A DNA stretch of 63,930 nucleotides, filler included, from Folioceros fuciformis (GCA_049999805.1; 5 parts of 5 records of this genome joined end to end with filler, not necessarily neighbours in it); one strand, 5' to 3'. Positions 13,485-25,468 are shown, counted from the first letter of the whole stretch. Notes: a model not told the origin generated them from the letters alone. Program-made: numbers and translations.

Positions 13485-16400
13485 ACCTGAGAGGCAGGCG
13501 TTGACAACAAGGAATGAAGAGCTACTGCAATTCTTGAAGAGACCGCAGAACCGCTCAAATCCACCTCCTTCTTTCACGGACGAAAGATCCGAACCAGGGG
13601 CTCGTGTGGGTCAGAGAGGGACATCGAGCACAATGTGCTCACACAAGTCAGAAATGAGGAAGAAAAAGAAACAAGACCTGAAGAAGCGGATCTGCCTTGA
13701 AGCAAGGAGGAGGAGTTCGATAACAACAAGGCCACGCCAACAGTGAAAATGCCTGCCGCAATGGTCGACCTTCCACGTCTCATCCTTTGCTCTATTTGTG
13801 GACCACCTCTTTGGCCCTCCAAAAGCTCCACTTTTGTGGTCCCCATTCTCACGACCACGTTCAAACTTCGAAGTCCAGTCGGGAGCTCGTCGTCAGTTCA
13901 TCACCCGTCTCGGTTCACACTACTCACAATAACCCTGTACTTAAAACATCCCGGTTCCTTACAACCTGTACATAGCACCCACCAGTGCATGCAGCATAGT
14001 CTTCCTCAGAGGCATGGCCAACCAGCTACCTTTTAAGTGACTGACTGCCATTGGATCACCATCATCAACCCAAGCTGGCTTAAGCATGTTGTCAAACCCC
14101 AGCACTCCTCCACGAGACCCCTTGCTCCAGAGCTGTTCTTATCTCGTCTCTTATCTCAACACTTAGTGGGGTCCAGAAAAAATTGTTGCCACAAGCGCTT
14201 CTGCTCCTGGCAACGGCCATCGACCTGGCAACGGCCATCGACCTGGCAGTATCCAGCAGGAAGGCGCACTGTTCCCGGATGCTGCAGGACTGTCAGGCAC
14301 AATCAACTGTTTGTCCTTCCAAGCTGCCACCTTACCTGCTGCTATCTTACATACAACCTGACGTCTAGAGGTGGAAGGTCTACCACACTCTCCTGTGAGC
14401 CAGAAGGAAAGGATTCACGCTTCAAGGTCTCAACAAAGTTCCTGGCTAGCAGAGGTTCTGGCTACTACTCATTCACCAGCTGGGAAGACATGCCTATTAG
14501 GAAGTATGTCGTTTAGTCAAGAGGAGTTCATCCCTTCCCGAATCTACTGTTCGAGCGTTTCTACATTCCTCTATAATGTCACTCTGTAATGCCATTACGA
14601 TATCATGTCTCGTTCTTCCTCCAGTGACACCTGAAAGATCTCACTCTGAATGTCGTTCTTCAACGTCGCACCTAAGTATACCCAGTGCACATCCAGATGA
14701 AGGTCAAATCTTCTGTGGATGCATGCATGAGAATAACCCCTTAACAGACAATACACTGATCGAAACAACCTACTGGTCAGACACGGTGTTTTTGGTCTGC
14801 AGAACTGCGACAAGGTCCAAGCATCTTTCAGGGAACAAATCAAATCCATGGTATTCCACGATGTTCCCTCTTTGCACCCTATCCTCCAGCTCGGTGCAAA
14901 CCTGAACATGCATCCAGAGCTGATGCCGTGACACTATTGCTTACTGCAATGAAAGCGAACATCGTTGGCATGGCAGGGATGGGCTGTCGTACCAGATCCT
15001 CATTCACAGTGCCAGGCAAACTTCACGTCCCATCCACCATGCAGGACTTTTTAGGTGACGATCTCACCCACGTTGACGTGACTCAAGCCTGCAGCACTGG
15101 CCAACACCGAACAAGTGGACGTCTTGCCTTTGCCAGAATTGCCAGTCATTCACGAGTTGGGCTGCTTTCGCCTATCCATGCTAGCGCCAAGCGCTACCAA
15201 AACAACGTTTGCGCGAACAGCAGCTCGGGGGGAAGGGTATCAGCAGGTAGCAGGCAATACCAAAGCTCAAGGCACGAGGTTTTCGTTCCTATCATTTTTG
15301 GACTGCTACTGGGTCTGTTCGAGAACCCGTTCTGGGCGATCCGCAGGTGTTGCCTTGTTGCTGGGCCATGGAAGCTGGACAGGGCCGTCAAAATGAAGAT
15401 CCTGAGCGTAATAAGAAAGACGAGGAGAAGGTGCGGTCGCCAGCTGATGCTGACCTGTCGCAAAGCTGAACTCTGTGTTGTGTGGGGCCTGATTTTGTCT
15501 CCCTGTTCAATTCAGATTCCAGCATTGTCTACAGGCCAGTGAGAAGGAATTGAAGAAAGAGAGAGCTGCGCAGAAGGCAGAGGCAGCAGAAGCTGCCAAA
15601 GCCGCACCAGATGGACATCGCAAGAAGAAGGAGACCAAGGCCTGCAGGTGCAGAGGAAGGGATGGATGATCCTCCCACGCCGGGTGGCCAAAAAAAGCAG
15701 TTGGTGGCTCTCTTAGCCCCGTTCTACGGCCCTAAGGCAGTGGAGAGGAAGTCAGCTATGGCATGCAGCGCTGGAGATGCAAACTTTTCAAATGTTTGGC
15801 TGCCGATGTGGTTTTCATGTTTCGGTTGCTGATGCAGATTGTATGAGTGGTGGGAGGGATGGGGATTCTTAGTGGTCAACAACACCAGTACCAAGCCGCC
15901 GTTTATTCTTGTAAGCATTTTCCTCACTTCTGCTTTGCAGGCTGTGGAATCACGGATGTGGCTCAGCCGAATCGTGATTCCTGCTACAGGTAGTACCCCC
16001 GCCAAACGTGACTGGTGCCCTACACATTGGCCAGGCCTTAGCTGCAGCCATCCAGGTACGAGATGTTGCCTTCTGATTTGAAACAGAAGCAGTGACTGAG
16101 AGCTCACTGGTTGATTCACCAACGTCTTTTCTGCTCACGTAGGATTCCGTGGTCAGATGGCACAGAATGAGAGGCTAAATTATACTTTAGGTTCCAGGAA
16201 TTGACCACGCCTGCCATTGCAACTGAGGTATCATCGTACGCCTTGCCACTGCTGGTTCCACTAGTGAGGTGTAGGATTCATGGTCTAAGGTGTAAGGGAT
16301 GTCATAGCCAGGTGACTTTCCTTTCCTGACAGGCAGGTGCATGCTTAGATCACACTCACGCCAGGGAAAGTGTTTCAAACTGATTAATCATTGTACATTC

Positions 16401-16559
16401 TATGTGCGCATACATGGGCAGTCTATGGGCAGTCCTGTGATGGAGAGACGTGATCCTTCACAAGAGGTACATTCTCTCCTGACTGTCCTACTCACTAGCT
16501 GCTGCCCTAACTTAACCAGAGCAGTCTGAATTCCAATACCACCCCTCATACTCGGCATG

Positions 16560-17520
16560 TTAGGCTGAGGGTCATGTTAGTCTAGGACATGACAAACCCC
16601 AAGCAAAGCCATACAATCGACAATGATGATTGAAAGCACGATTGTCAAACTCCTCACCTTATCATTGCTAAGGATCTTGACCTTCCTACTAACCTGAGTT
16701 TCTACTTCTGATTTGCTAGTGTCCTCATCTATGAGGTAACTTGATAGAGAAGACCTTGTAGAGAGGGGTCTGCATAGGTCCTAAGAGGTCTGTATGAATT
16801 AGACCTGGAGGTTCAGGACTCCTATAAGGACCTACAGAGAATTTCTTACGTTGCTGTCTGCCCAATGCACAACTTTGACACAATGTCAGATCAGCAATGG
16901 ACTTAACAGGGAAACCTAACACATAATCGTGTTGCAGGCTTTCATCCTTTGTGCACCTGCGTGGCCTAGCCTAAGTGCCACAGATCACTGGATGATGAGG
17001 ACACCAAGGAGCTAAATGAAGTATTAGGAAGAGTCAAACTACCCCCCTCAGGTTGTTGAAGGGCCTCGCTCTCATGATAGATACGACTTGTGCCTAAGAC
17101 AAACCAACATATGGAGGGATTGATAGAAAAGAGCCAGCCTCAAGTGCATGTTAGGGGCGAAGACAAAGGTGAAGCCAGCCTCACGTGCTTGTTAGGGGTA
17201 AAGACAAAGGTGAAGCCAGCCTGACGTGCTTGTTAGGGGCAAAGACATGTGAAGCCAGCCTCAAGTGCCTGTCCCACAGAAACGAAGTTCTTACTCAAAG
17301 AGGAACAAGTAACTTGTGCATCAGGTAAAGTAATGGTGATAGTGCCTGTGCCGCGAATTGCACACCTCGAGTCATCTCCAATATACACGTGACTCTTAAC
17401 TATGCTAGGTTGGAAGGAGGCAAATTATTCCTAGTCATGTTCTGGGTTGCTCCGAATCGACAAACCATGCTCCGGAGTCCAGATCGACATTTAGGCACAC
17501 TACAAAACAGGCGGGTGCCA
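16560..17520 (-). mobile_element. Degenerate Ty1/Copia fragment (protease to GAG-pre-integrase/integrase start) inside the ValRS intron
   Basis: ORF 16725-16922 CQSCALGRQQRKKF..GLIHTDLLGPMQT; upstream LWH-like (tgccacaga) and VYIGDD..CAIRGTGT-like protease sequence. Boundaries approximate. Confidence 0.75.
17132..17272. repeat. 41-bp tandem repeat, ~3.5 copies, inside the Copia remnant
   Basis: agccagcctca(a/c)gtgc(a/t)tgttagggg(c/t)(g/a)aagacaaaggtga at 17132, 17173, 17214 and ~17253. Confidence 0.9.
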
Positions 17521-18956
17521 TGTGTAGCACTACTGGAAGCGTGATCTCTTTTGTAGATACAATAATTATCAGATTTATTTGAGTGAGTTATTTGAGTACT
17601 TTGAAGACCCCTCTTTTCCTTTGCTTAGAAAACCTTACTCGGGTTCCAAGATCAGTCATTTATCTTGATTTTTTCATTCTCGATTACGACTAAATATCTG
17701 CGACTTCGACTAAATATCTGCATATCTGCATATTGGAGCACACCAAATATCCGCATATTGGAGCACACCAAAGCGAGACATTGATGTAATTGTATTTTGG
17801 ATATGGCTTTTTGGTAAAGGGTTTGAATGGACAACTTGGATTTTCAATTTGTTTTCACCCAACACCAAATTTGATTCCAATGTGTCACATATGAATGATC
17901 ATCGTGCTGCTCCCTGGTATCCTAAACATGGTAAAATAGGCAAAATATTTAGCTCGTCATCCATAACCCTGCAATTCTGACAAGAGGCCATGTCAAAGGC
18001 TAGTGATAGAGTGAAATCTTCATTAAACTGACCAATCAATCTTCATGTGCAACACTTTACATGAACATCATGGAAATAAGTGCAAAGGCGAGCAACTAAG
18101 AGGAGTGATTGCTTCCAACAATCTAGAGATGTGACACTAAGGAGTGATACTAACCCTAACAATTGTATGTGGGTTGGTAGGGGAAGATAGAGTGTTGAGT
18201 AGTAGTATGATGATCCCACAACTCTTAACTATTTTGATGGTGTGGACAAGAAGATTTGGTGTCAAACCTTCTTGCCTGCACAAGGGAAGGCCTCAAAGTC
18301 TTGAGTCCCACACTAGCGCTTATATTGAGCAAACTGCACTTCTCAAAAAGGAAATGCTTCAACATGAAGAAACAATTATGAAAAGGGATGGCTTCTTGGA
18401 TCACCTTTCCCATGACCGTAAACCTAAATGCTACAAAATTAGGGTACTACTAAATGCTTGAAACCCAATTCCACAAGAACAACACAATACTATCAAAGCC
18501 ATCACAATTGCATAAGCTCCCACAAGCCCTAGGCTAAGAGCTATGTAATTGCACATAAACTCTCACGAGCACAAGGTTAAGAGTTTAACTCTTGCACACA
18601 AGTTTTCACAAGCACATAGGTAAGAACTATGCAATAGGACTTGACATAAGTACCCAACTAGAATAACGAAGAGGAGATAACTAGGCTCTTGAACATGGAG
18701 AGCACTAACAGGTCAAACAACTATCTTAGTCACTTCTTCATGCAGAAAGATCATAGCCAATTGTATACTTGAGGCTCATCTATGACTATTTTGAGTACTA
18801 CCTATCTTTAGTAACAACCTTGTTTAGACTAGAAGCAAAGTTCCTATACAACTTATTTAGTGGTTGTAGTTGGCATGCCTATTGAGGCGTTAGTTAATAT
18901 TGGATACCTACCATTTTGATTGGTTGTCCTAAACACTAATTTCTAAAAGGTCGGAG

Positions 18957-19033
18957 TAGGGTTTGAGGTTTATGGAACTACTAATTTATCAAGGTTGCAG
19001 TAGGATTTGAGGTTTATGGTACATATAGGCCCA
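18957..19033 (+). promoter_or_regulatory. Telo-box (TAGGGTTT, 18957-18964) plus site II element (GGCCCA, 19028-19033) upstream of Sas10
   Basis: Both motifs lie within ~120 bp of the ATG at 19078. This pairing is typical of plant ribosome-biogenesis and translation gene promoters. Confidence 0.55.
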
Positions 19034-19077
19034 GTTGGGTAGTAAACGAGGCAATTGGAGACGAGCGTTGTGAAGCG

Positions 19078-21153
19078 ATGGGGAAGCCTAGAAGAGGTCG
19101 GGGATCACGGCTGCCCAAGCGGAGTGGCTGGCAGGCGAAAGCCCGCCAAATGGATCCCAAGTATTTTGATGAGGACCTGTTTGCAAAGCAACGGAATAAG
19201 ATCCCTTTGATGGGTAACGACGACGATGACGACGGCACAGACGAAGAAATGGAAACGCCGGTCTTAGATATTCCGGAGGAGGATACGTCTGGAAGCGAGG
19301 AGGAGGAGGAGGAGGAGGAAGAGTACGAGGAGGAAAAACCTACTGGCTTGGCCGCCAAGATGGCCAAGCAAATAACACTGTTGCGGCGAAAACAGGCTGC
19401 CATGGCCGGTGATGAGGATGAAGAGGAGGAGGGAGAAACGAGGGAGAAGAGGGCATGGGGGAAGTCGAAGAAGGCGTATTACAGTGCAGAGAATGTAGAT
19501 TTTGAGTTGCAGTCCAGTGATGATCAGGCATTTGCTGAGGAGGAGGTTGAGGCGCTCAGGTTGCAGCGGCTGTATGCTGCTTCCATGAGGCCAGAAGACT
19601 ATGGGCTGGAAGAGGAAGAAAGCTTGGAGCAGCTTGTGAAGCGAAGAGCTGACGGGGGACAGAAGATTATGAAGGCCAAAGATAGTGAGCCGGCGAAGCA
19701 GGTGAAAGAAGCTGCTGGAAGCGAGATGGCTGTGGAGCGGATTGTCAAAGATATTAGCTTGCTGTCCAGGGAGGAGCAAATGGAGTATGTCATGAGTGAT
19801 GCCCCAGAGTTGCCAGGTCTTCTTAACGACCTGAAGGTATGTGCTGATGAATTGGAGAACAGAGTAATTCCTCTGGAAGAGAAGGTGCGATCTGGTGTGC
19901 TTCGTGCTACAGAAGATGGATTGATTTATTTGGAAATGAAGCATCTTGTGCTCATGAGCTACTGTCAGCTCATTTTGGTGTATCTGGGGCTGAAGGCGGA
20001 AGGTAAGTCCGTGAGGGGTCACCCTGTGATTCCACGTCTTATGGAGAGGCGTTCGTTAGTTTTGAAGATGCAATCACTGGATAAGAAGGTTGACGACCGA
20101 GTTGGGAAGGTCCTCCAGCCTACGGAGCTGAGCAATGGTTTCGAGGGTGTGAAGGATAAGGACTCGTCGAAGGGCAGACCTAATACGGGCTTATTGGAGT
20201 CGGAGGTTGACACAGACACTCAAGGAGCCGGAGATGTGGAGCGTCCGCCTACGAAAGCTCCACCTTCCATGAAGGAAGACATGAGTTCCGGTGACAGAAG
20301 TGCAGGACAGGAAGCCCGCCGCAGTTCAGCACGCAGTGCAATTGTCGAGGTGCCTGCCGCCGACTCGGAGGGTAGACCTGAGGAACCGAGAAAATTCATC
20401 TCAGCTCAAAGCATGGAAATGATGAGAGAGCGGGAGAGACTGGAAGCTCTTGCCAAGCAAGAAGAAGATCTGTTTGCAAGGGCTCCTCTCTCGAAAGCTG
20501 AGAGCAGGAAGTTGAAGGACGGGAAGAAATCATGGAGTGACTTGGTCCCTATTATGGATGACCTTGCTGATGATGTTACCGATCTAACGGAGATGGACGA
20601 CGGAAAGGGAAGGAAGCGTCGAAGTCTGTCACAAGCTATCGCTGAAGCATGTCATCCCTCTAAGAAGGGAAGGGCAACTTCAGGAGATGCTGACCTACCG
20701 GTTAGGGATGACATCGGCGACAGACGAAACAAGTACGAGATCCAGAAGTCTTCGAGAAAGCGGGAGCGGGTGGACCGACAAGAGAGTGTGGAGGAGCGCG
20801 AGGGCAAGGACGCTGGTGAGGACGAATTTTATCAACAGGCCAAACAGCTGCAGGCGTCGAAAAAGGCTGCAAAGGCTGCCAAATACTCCTGGAAGCCAAC
20901 AATGACTCCGGCCGAGGAACATTTCGAGGGCAGACGAAAAATATCAAGCCAGATGGAGAAGAATAGGGGCCTCACACGGTACAGAAAGAAATTAACTAAG
21001 AACCCAAGGAAGAAGTACAAGCTCAAGCATGAGAAGGCTGTCATTCGACGGAAAGGACAAGTGCGCGAAGTGAAGCTTGCTTTGAAGCCATATGGGGGAG
21101 AAGCGACTGGAATTAGAACAGACATTAGTCGCAGTGTCAGATTGCAATATTGA
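19078..21153 (+). CDS. SAS10: Sas10/Utp3 (Something about silencing 10) SSU-processome protein, intronless
   Basis: Intact 691-aa ORF: acidic N-terminus, WGKSKKAYY, Sas10/C1D region (DAPELPGLL..YLEMKHLVLMSYC..HPVIPRL), SGDADLP, and C-terminal Sas10 domain (EGRRKISSQMEKNRGLTRYRKKLTKNPRKKYKLKHEKA..YGGEATGIRTDISRSVRL). Confidence 0.95.
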   Translation: MGKPRRGRGSRLPKRSGWQAKARQMDPKYFDEDLFAKQRNKIPLMGNDDDDDGTDEEMETPVLDIPEEDTSGSEEEEEEEEEYEEEKPTGLAAKMAKQITLLRRKQAAMAGDEDEEEEGETREKRAWGKSKKAYYSAENVDFELQSSDDQAFAEEEVEALRLQRLYAASMRPEDYGLEEEESLEQLVKRRADGGQKIMKAKDSEPAKQVKEAAGSEMAVERIVKDISLLSREEQMEYVMSDAPELPGLLNDLKVCADELENRVIPLEEKVRSGVLRATEDGLIYLEMKHLVLMSYCQLILVYLGLKAEGKSVRGHPVIPRLMERRSLVLKMQSLDKKVDDRVGKVLQPTELSNGFEGVKDKDSSKGRPNTGLLESEVDTDTQGAGDVERPPTKAPPSMKEDMSSGDRSAGQEARRSSARSAIVEVPAADSEGRPEEPRKFISAQSMEMMRERERLEALAKQEEDLFARAPLSKAESRKLKDGKKSWSDLVPIMDDLADDVTDLTEMDDGKGRKRRSLSQAIAEACHPSKKGRATSGDADLPVRDDIGDRRNKYEIQKSSRKRERVDRQESVEEREGKDAGEDEFYQQAKQLQASKKAAKAAKYSWKPTMTPAEEHFEGRRKISSQMEKNRGLTRYRKKLTKNPRKKYKLKHEKAVIRRKGQVREVKLALKPYGGEATGIRTDISRSVRLQY

Positions 21154-21542
21154 TGGAAATTTTTTAAATCAAGCAGATCTGAGTACCGGGAATCTCAATG
21201 GAAATTGCACGCCCTAACGCTTTGGCGATGGAAGCTTGACTCTAATGTTGCATGGATGATAGAATGCATCACAACTGGCCTCTGTCGAACTCGTGGTCCA
21301 GTCCTCATAACCGGATGGTACCCTTCAGAAGAGTGTACTCCTCTGTTAACTAAACTCCGTATCTCCTCACATAGCGACTTGAGGACGTCCTTTGGACTTG
21401 CTGCTTCATCCTTGGCCACGTTATTGCTCAGATGCGGTCACCGACGACTTACCATCTCTTTGCTCGTGACCGTCGCTCCCGCAATCTCGTCTATCACAAT
21501 TTCACCGTCTACAGCAATAAGTTACTGGACGACTTCCAGACA

Positions 21543-21677
21543 TCAGTTGCGGAGGTCTGCAATTCTGCTCTATCCTTGTCCCTCTTGTTGCTCATGTGTC
21601 AGTCGCCGAGGTCTGCAATTCTGCTCTATCCTTGTCCCTCTTGTTGCTCAGATGTCAGTCGCCGAGGTCTGCAATTT
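21543..21677. repeat. 56-bp tandem repeat, ~2.4 copies
   Basis: tcagt(t/c)gc(g/c)gaggtctgcaattctgctctatccttgtccctcttgttgctca.. at 21543 and 21599, partial at 21655. Confidence 0.9.
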
Positions 21678-23902
21678 GGTGTTTGCCTCAAGATGTTTTT
21701 CGTGGTGTTCCGCTTCATCAGCTGGCACGGACACCAAGGTTATTGGCTCTTTGTGTGGTGGATCATGGCCTTTCGTAAGCCTCATGCAGTCTGACTGTCC
21801 TTCGGGTACCTCGTGCTAAATGGTGACTATCTGCAACCTTGACTGCTGCAGGTAATTGTGGAAAAGAAGATCATGAGGGAAAGTAATCTGACAAGGCATG
21901 ACATTGGTAGAGAAAAGTTTGAGGCGAAGGTATACAGCTTTCAAACTGTGATGCCCCGTGATCTGAAGGAGTGAATGTATCCCACAGTATGGATTGTGGC
22001 AGGTTTGAGAATGGAAGAATCAATATGGTGATGCATCTCGAGACAGCAACGGCGAGTAGGGAACTCGCTTGACTGGTCTAGAGAAGTATGTTTCTTTGTA
22101 CAATCTCGTCACGCATGTCAAAGCTATCTAGTGGTTCGAAGAGTGATACACCAGAGCATGGGAGAGTGTTTTACAATGGATGCCAAGTTGTCCGAAGCTG
22201 TAACTGAAGCATTTGTACGCCTTTATGACGAGTGCCTGATCTACAGGTCAGTGCTGTTACCTCTAAATCAGTGACACCTTTCATCTACTGTGTGTTTGCT
22301 TTCTGTTCTGGTGCCTGACAGTTGTACTCTGCAGAGATGATCGCCTTGTAAACTGGGATTGTGCCCTTAAGACTGCCATTTCGGAGATAGACGCAGCTCT
22401 TTGCAACCGTTTTAAACAACATTCTCCTGATTATTCCTTACTTCTTCTCCTAGTACCTGTATCTTTAATGTTGACTCAGCCTTCGATCCTAAAAACCCAA
22501 AGGAGCCTATCAGGTGGACTACAAGGACCTAGAAAAGAGGGAAGCCATCAGGGTACCGGGTCATGATCACATCCGTCGCATATCCGCTGGAACGTGGGAG
22601 TGGTGAAATCGTAGTAACCACCCGACCAGAGATTGTGTTTGATGATAGAGCGTTAGCAATTCATCCAAATGACGATAGGTACAGGCATCGACATGGAAAA
22701 TATGTGATACACGCATTCGACAGGAGAAGAATCCCTATTATTTCATATGCTGAGTTGGTGGACATGATATGTGGAAGTGGTGCGGCGAAGGTGGGCCTAG
22801 AATTAAAGCTGTTTGAGGAAACCTGGCATGCGTAAGCTATCTGAGTTGGTGCTCGATGGAATTTTGTACATGGGCACTGGCTTGCACGTCCTGCATGGTG
22901 CGAGCAGATTTTTGAACTCCAAAGGGAGCTTATGTTGACCGAGTTGTACAGTAGCTAGTAGCAGCCTATGTCTCTGGGCTCGAGATTCTCTGGCTAACAA
23001 TTTGGTTGTATGTGTGTTTCACAGAAATTGGGATCTCTTGCAGAAAGTGAAATTCATCGCGTGCAATACTGCAGATGGCTGGGGAACATTCGGCCTTGGT
23101 GCATATCAAGGCAGCTGTTGTGGGCTCATCGTGTCCCTGTGTGGTACGCTGATTTTGATGACGATGAGCTGGAAGGACTTTGGCCTTATAGCGAGCACTG
23201 GGTCGTTGGTAGGAATGAAACGGAAGCCAGGGCCAATGCCAACAAGAAGTTTCTTGGGAGGAGGTTCTGGCTGGAACAAGATCCTGATGTTCAGGACACT
23301 TGGTTTTCGTGTGGTTTATTCCCTTTCTCTGTGATGGGGTGGTCAGAGGAAACTGCAGATATGGGAACAGTGTACCCGACATCACTGCTTGAAACCGGAC
23401 ATGATATTCTCTTCTTTTGGGTCGGTAGAATGGTAATGATGGGCATGAAGGTGACCAATGAAGTCAGAGACGAAGCAGTCAATTCAGGGAGTAGTGATCT
23501 ACAGATGGAACGTAAATCTGCTCAGTGAAGGAAGACCTTCTCGTAAGAAGAAAGAGATCCGTCCAATTATGCACAGCAACAAAGGTTGAAGAGTAGATAG
23601 GACAAGGAGTTCTCTTCTCCTGCAAGGATGTAGAGAAATCCTTGCCCATGGTCCCATCCTTTGAAAGGATGCAGTATGGTTAGGTTTCGGGTGTTTAGTT
23701 TGGAGTGACTAATACTTAATTTAAATATTGTGATGACTAATACGTTATTTTTAAATCTTGTGGGGATTAGTACTTAATTTAAATCCTGTCTTTGCGGGGG
23801 TAATCGTTGGGAGGGAGAGGCGGGAGACCTGGATGTGCGAACACCGGAGACGGATCAGACGATTGAATCGTTCAAGGTGGAGAGGGACCTTGCGAAGTAT
23901 CT

Positions 23903-25042
23903 ATGGGGATATTGAAGGGGCTATTGAAGGGGCGATTGAAGCGGATAGTGGCGAATGTTGCTGAATCAGTGTGCGGAAGATCACACCCGGCGGTCCTGCC
24001 GAACACAGAAATGGATGAATCCTGGGAAATGATAGAGCGACTCACGATGGGGGACGTACCTGAGCAGAGCGAAGGCTCACGAATCCGGAACACTGAGGGG
24101 CCTTCGAGACGTCACGTTCCACAGAAGCTTCAACGGACGGTGAAGGCGCATCCAGGAGAATGTAATGCTATGGTGTTTGTGCCCGGAACCGGATCGCTGA
24201 TGACCGGAGGTGGTGACTGCTGCATCAAAGTTTGGGATACGATTTCGGATTTGAATCCTAGACGCTTTGGGACTGAGTCTTTGAAGTCATTTTCCGGCTC
24301 CATTCGTGACATGGCCGTCTCCCCGGACGGCGAGCTTCTGATCGCTGCGTCCAGCGAGGGCGAGCTTTTTGTCTGGGCCGCCAATTCTGGTCGGCTGTTA
24401 CATACGCTCAGGGGGCATGAAGATCGTGTCTCTGCGGCTGAGATGTTTGACTCCGTGAGCCACCAGGCTTTCAGTGGGGGGGATGACAGAACTCTTAAGG
24501 TCTGGGATCTGAGGAGGGGTTCCACTCTGATGACCTGGCCATGCAAGAGCCCGTGCACTTCCTTGGCTGCTTCAGCCCCCTGCTGTGCATGGTCTGGCCA
24601 TCTTGATGGGAGTTTGAGTGTTTGGGACAATCGAGGACGTAAGGGACCGACTGTTGATGTGGCGGGCCCTCAGGCCGTCAGCTCTGTCACGGTGTTCAAT
24701 GCTGGCTTCAATATCTTGACCGCGAGCAGAGACAACACGTTGAGAGTGCTCGATGTACGACAACTGAAGGCTGGGAAGACTCCCGACGCGTACACTGCTC
24801 CCGAATTCCAAGTGACCACCAACTGGACCCGCTCCTGCGTCAGTCCAGACGAGAAATACATTGCTTGCGGGTCTGCGGATGGCTCGGTCTTCCTGTGGGA
24901 TATCAACACCAAAGAGAGTTGCGGCCGGCTGAGAGGTCACGACAGCCCCGTGCGCACCTGCGCGTGGAGTCATCAGTCTGCGGGCAGTAATCTGATCAGT
25001 GGCGACGATAAGGGATTCCTTTGCCAATGGGAAGGAGCATGA
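23903..25042 (+). CDS. WD40 beta-propeller protein resembling the C-terminal domain of plant ATG16, intronless, no coiled-coil ATG16 domain
   Basis: About seven WD repeats. VPQKLQRTVKAHPGECNA..LMTGGGDCCIKVWD, HTLRGHEDRV, DRTLKVWDL, SGHLDGSLSVWD, ILTASRDNTLRVLDVR and NWTRSCVSPDEKYIACGSADGSVFLWD match ATG16-family WD40 signatures. Confidence 0.85.
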   Translation: MGILKGLLKGRLKRIVANVAESVCGRSHPAVLPNTEMDESWEMIERLTMGDVPEQSEGSRIRNTEGPSRRHVPQKLQRTVKAHPGECNAMVFVPGTGSLMTGGGDCCIKVWDTISDLNPRRFGTESLKSFSGSIRDMAVSPDGELLIAASSEGELFVWAANSGRLLHTLRGHEDRVSAAEMFDSVSHQAFSGGDDRTLKVWDLRRGSTLMTWPCKSPCTSLAASAPCCAWSGHLDGSLSVWDNRGRKGPTVDVAGPQAVSSVTVFNAGFNILTASRDNTLRVLDVRQLKAGKTPDAYTAPEFQVTTNWTRSCVSPDEKYIACGSADGSVFLWDINTKESCGRLRGHDSPVRTCAWSHQSAGSNLISGDDKGFLCQWEGA

Positions 25043-25468
25043 ATATTGCGTGCACCCAGCTGATGTTTGAGCTTAGGCATTGAAGAAGGTAAGTCACCCC
25101 ACCCTAGTTTCTCTGCATCTTGCAAAAAGTGTGCAGCGATTGTGTGGCGACCGTAGCTCTCATCTTTGTCTCCATGGCTCAATCTGTATGGCGTGTTGCA
25201 GGATGTGAAGAGACTTCGAGACATCTTCGGTTGATTTAAACTATGTAGTAGAAGGTTTAGGTAGTCCCTCAGCAACACATTTGGAGACCCGGAAGCATTT
25301 TACCTGAGACTACTCCAAAGGGAGTCAGACCTGGCACTCTTAATCAGGATCAATCCCGTGGCCTCGCCATCATTCCGGAAGCTTCTTGACAATTTCGACA
25401 CTGAACAATGTTTTCTATGAGTGTTGACGATTCTTGGGCAACCCATCAGCATCTCTGATTCGTGTTTT

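Larger units (their letters stand above)
15368..23465 (+). pseudogene. Valyl-tRNA synthetase (cytosolic/mitochondrial type) pseudogene, intron-containing, with deletions, frameshifts and 3' truncation
   Basis: Collinear exon remnants: [190 protein letters not shown]. The HIGH-motif segment is missing, frameshifts and stops are present, and there is no KMSKS half. Confidence 0.9.

Noticed and set aside
21195-21419. Minus-strand ORF MAKDEAASPKDVLKSLCEEIRSLV convergent with Sas10
   Set aside because: Short, upstream frame interrupted by stops, and no recognisable family.
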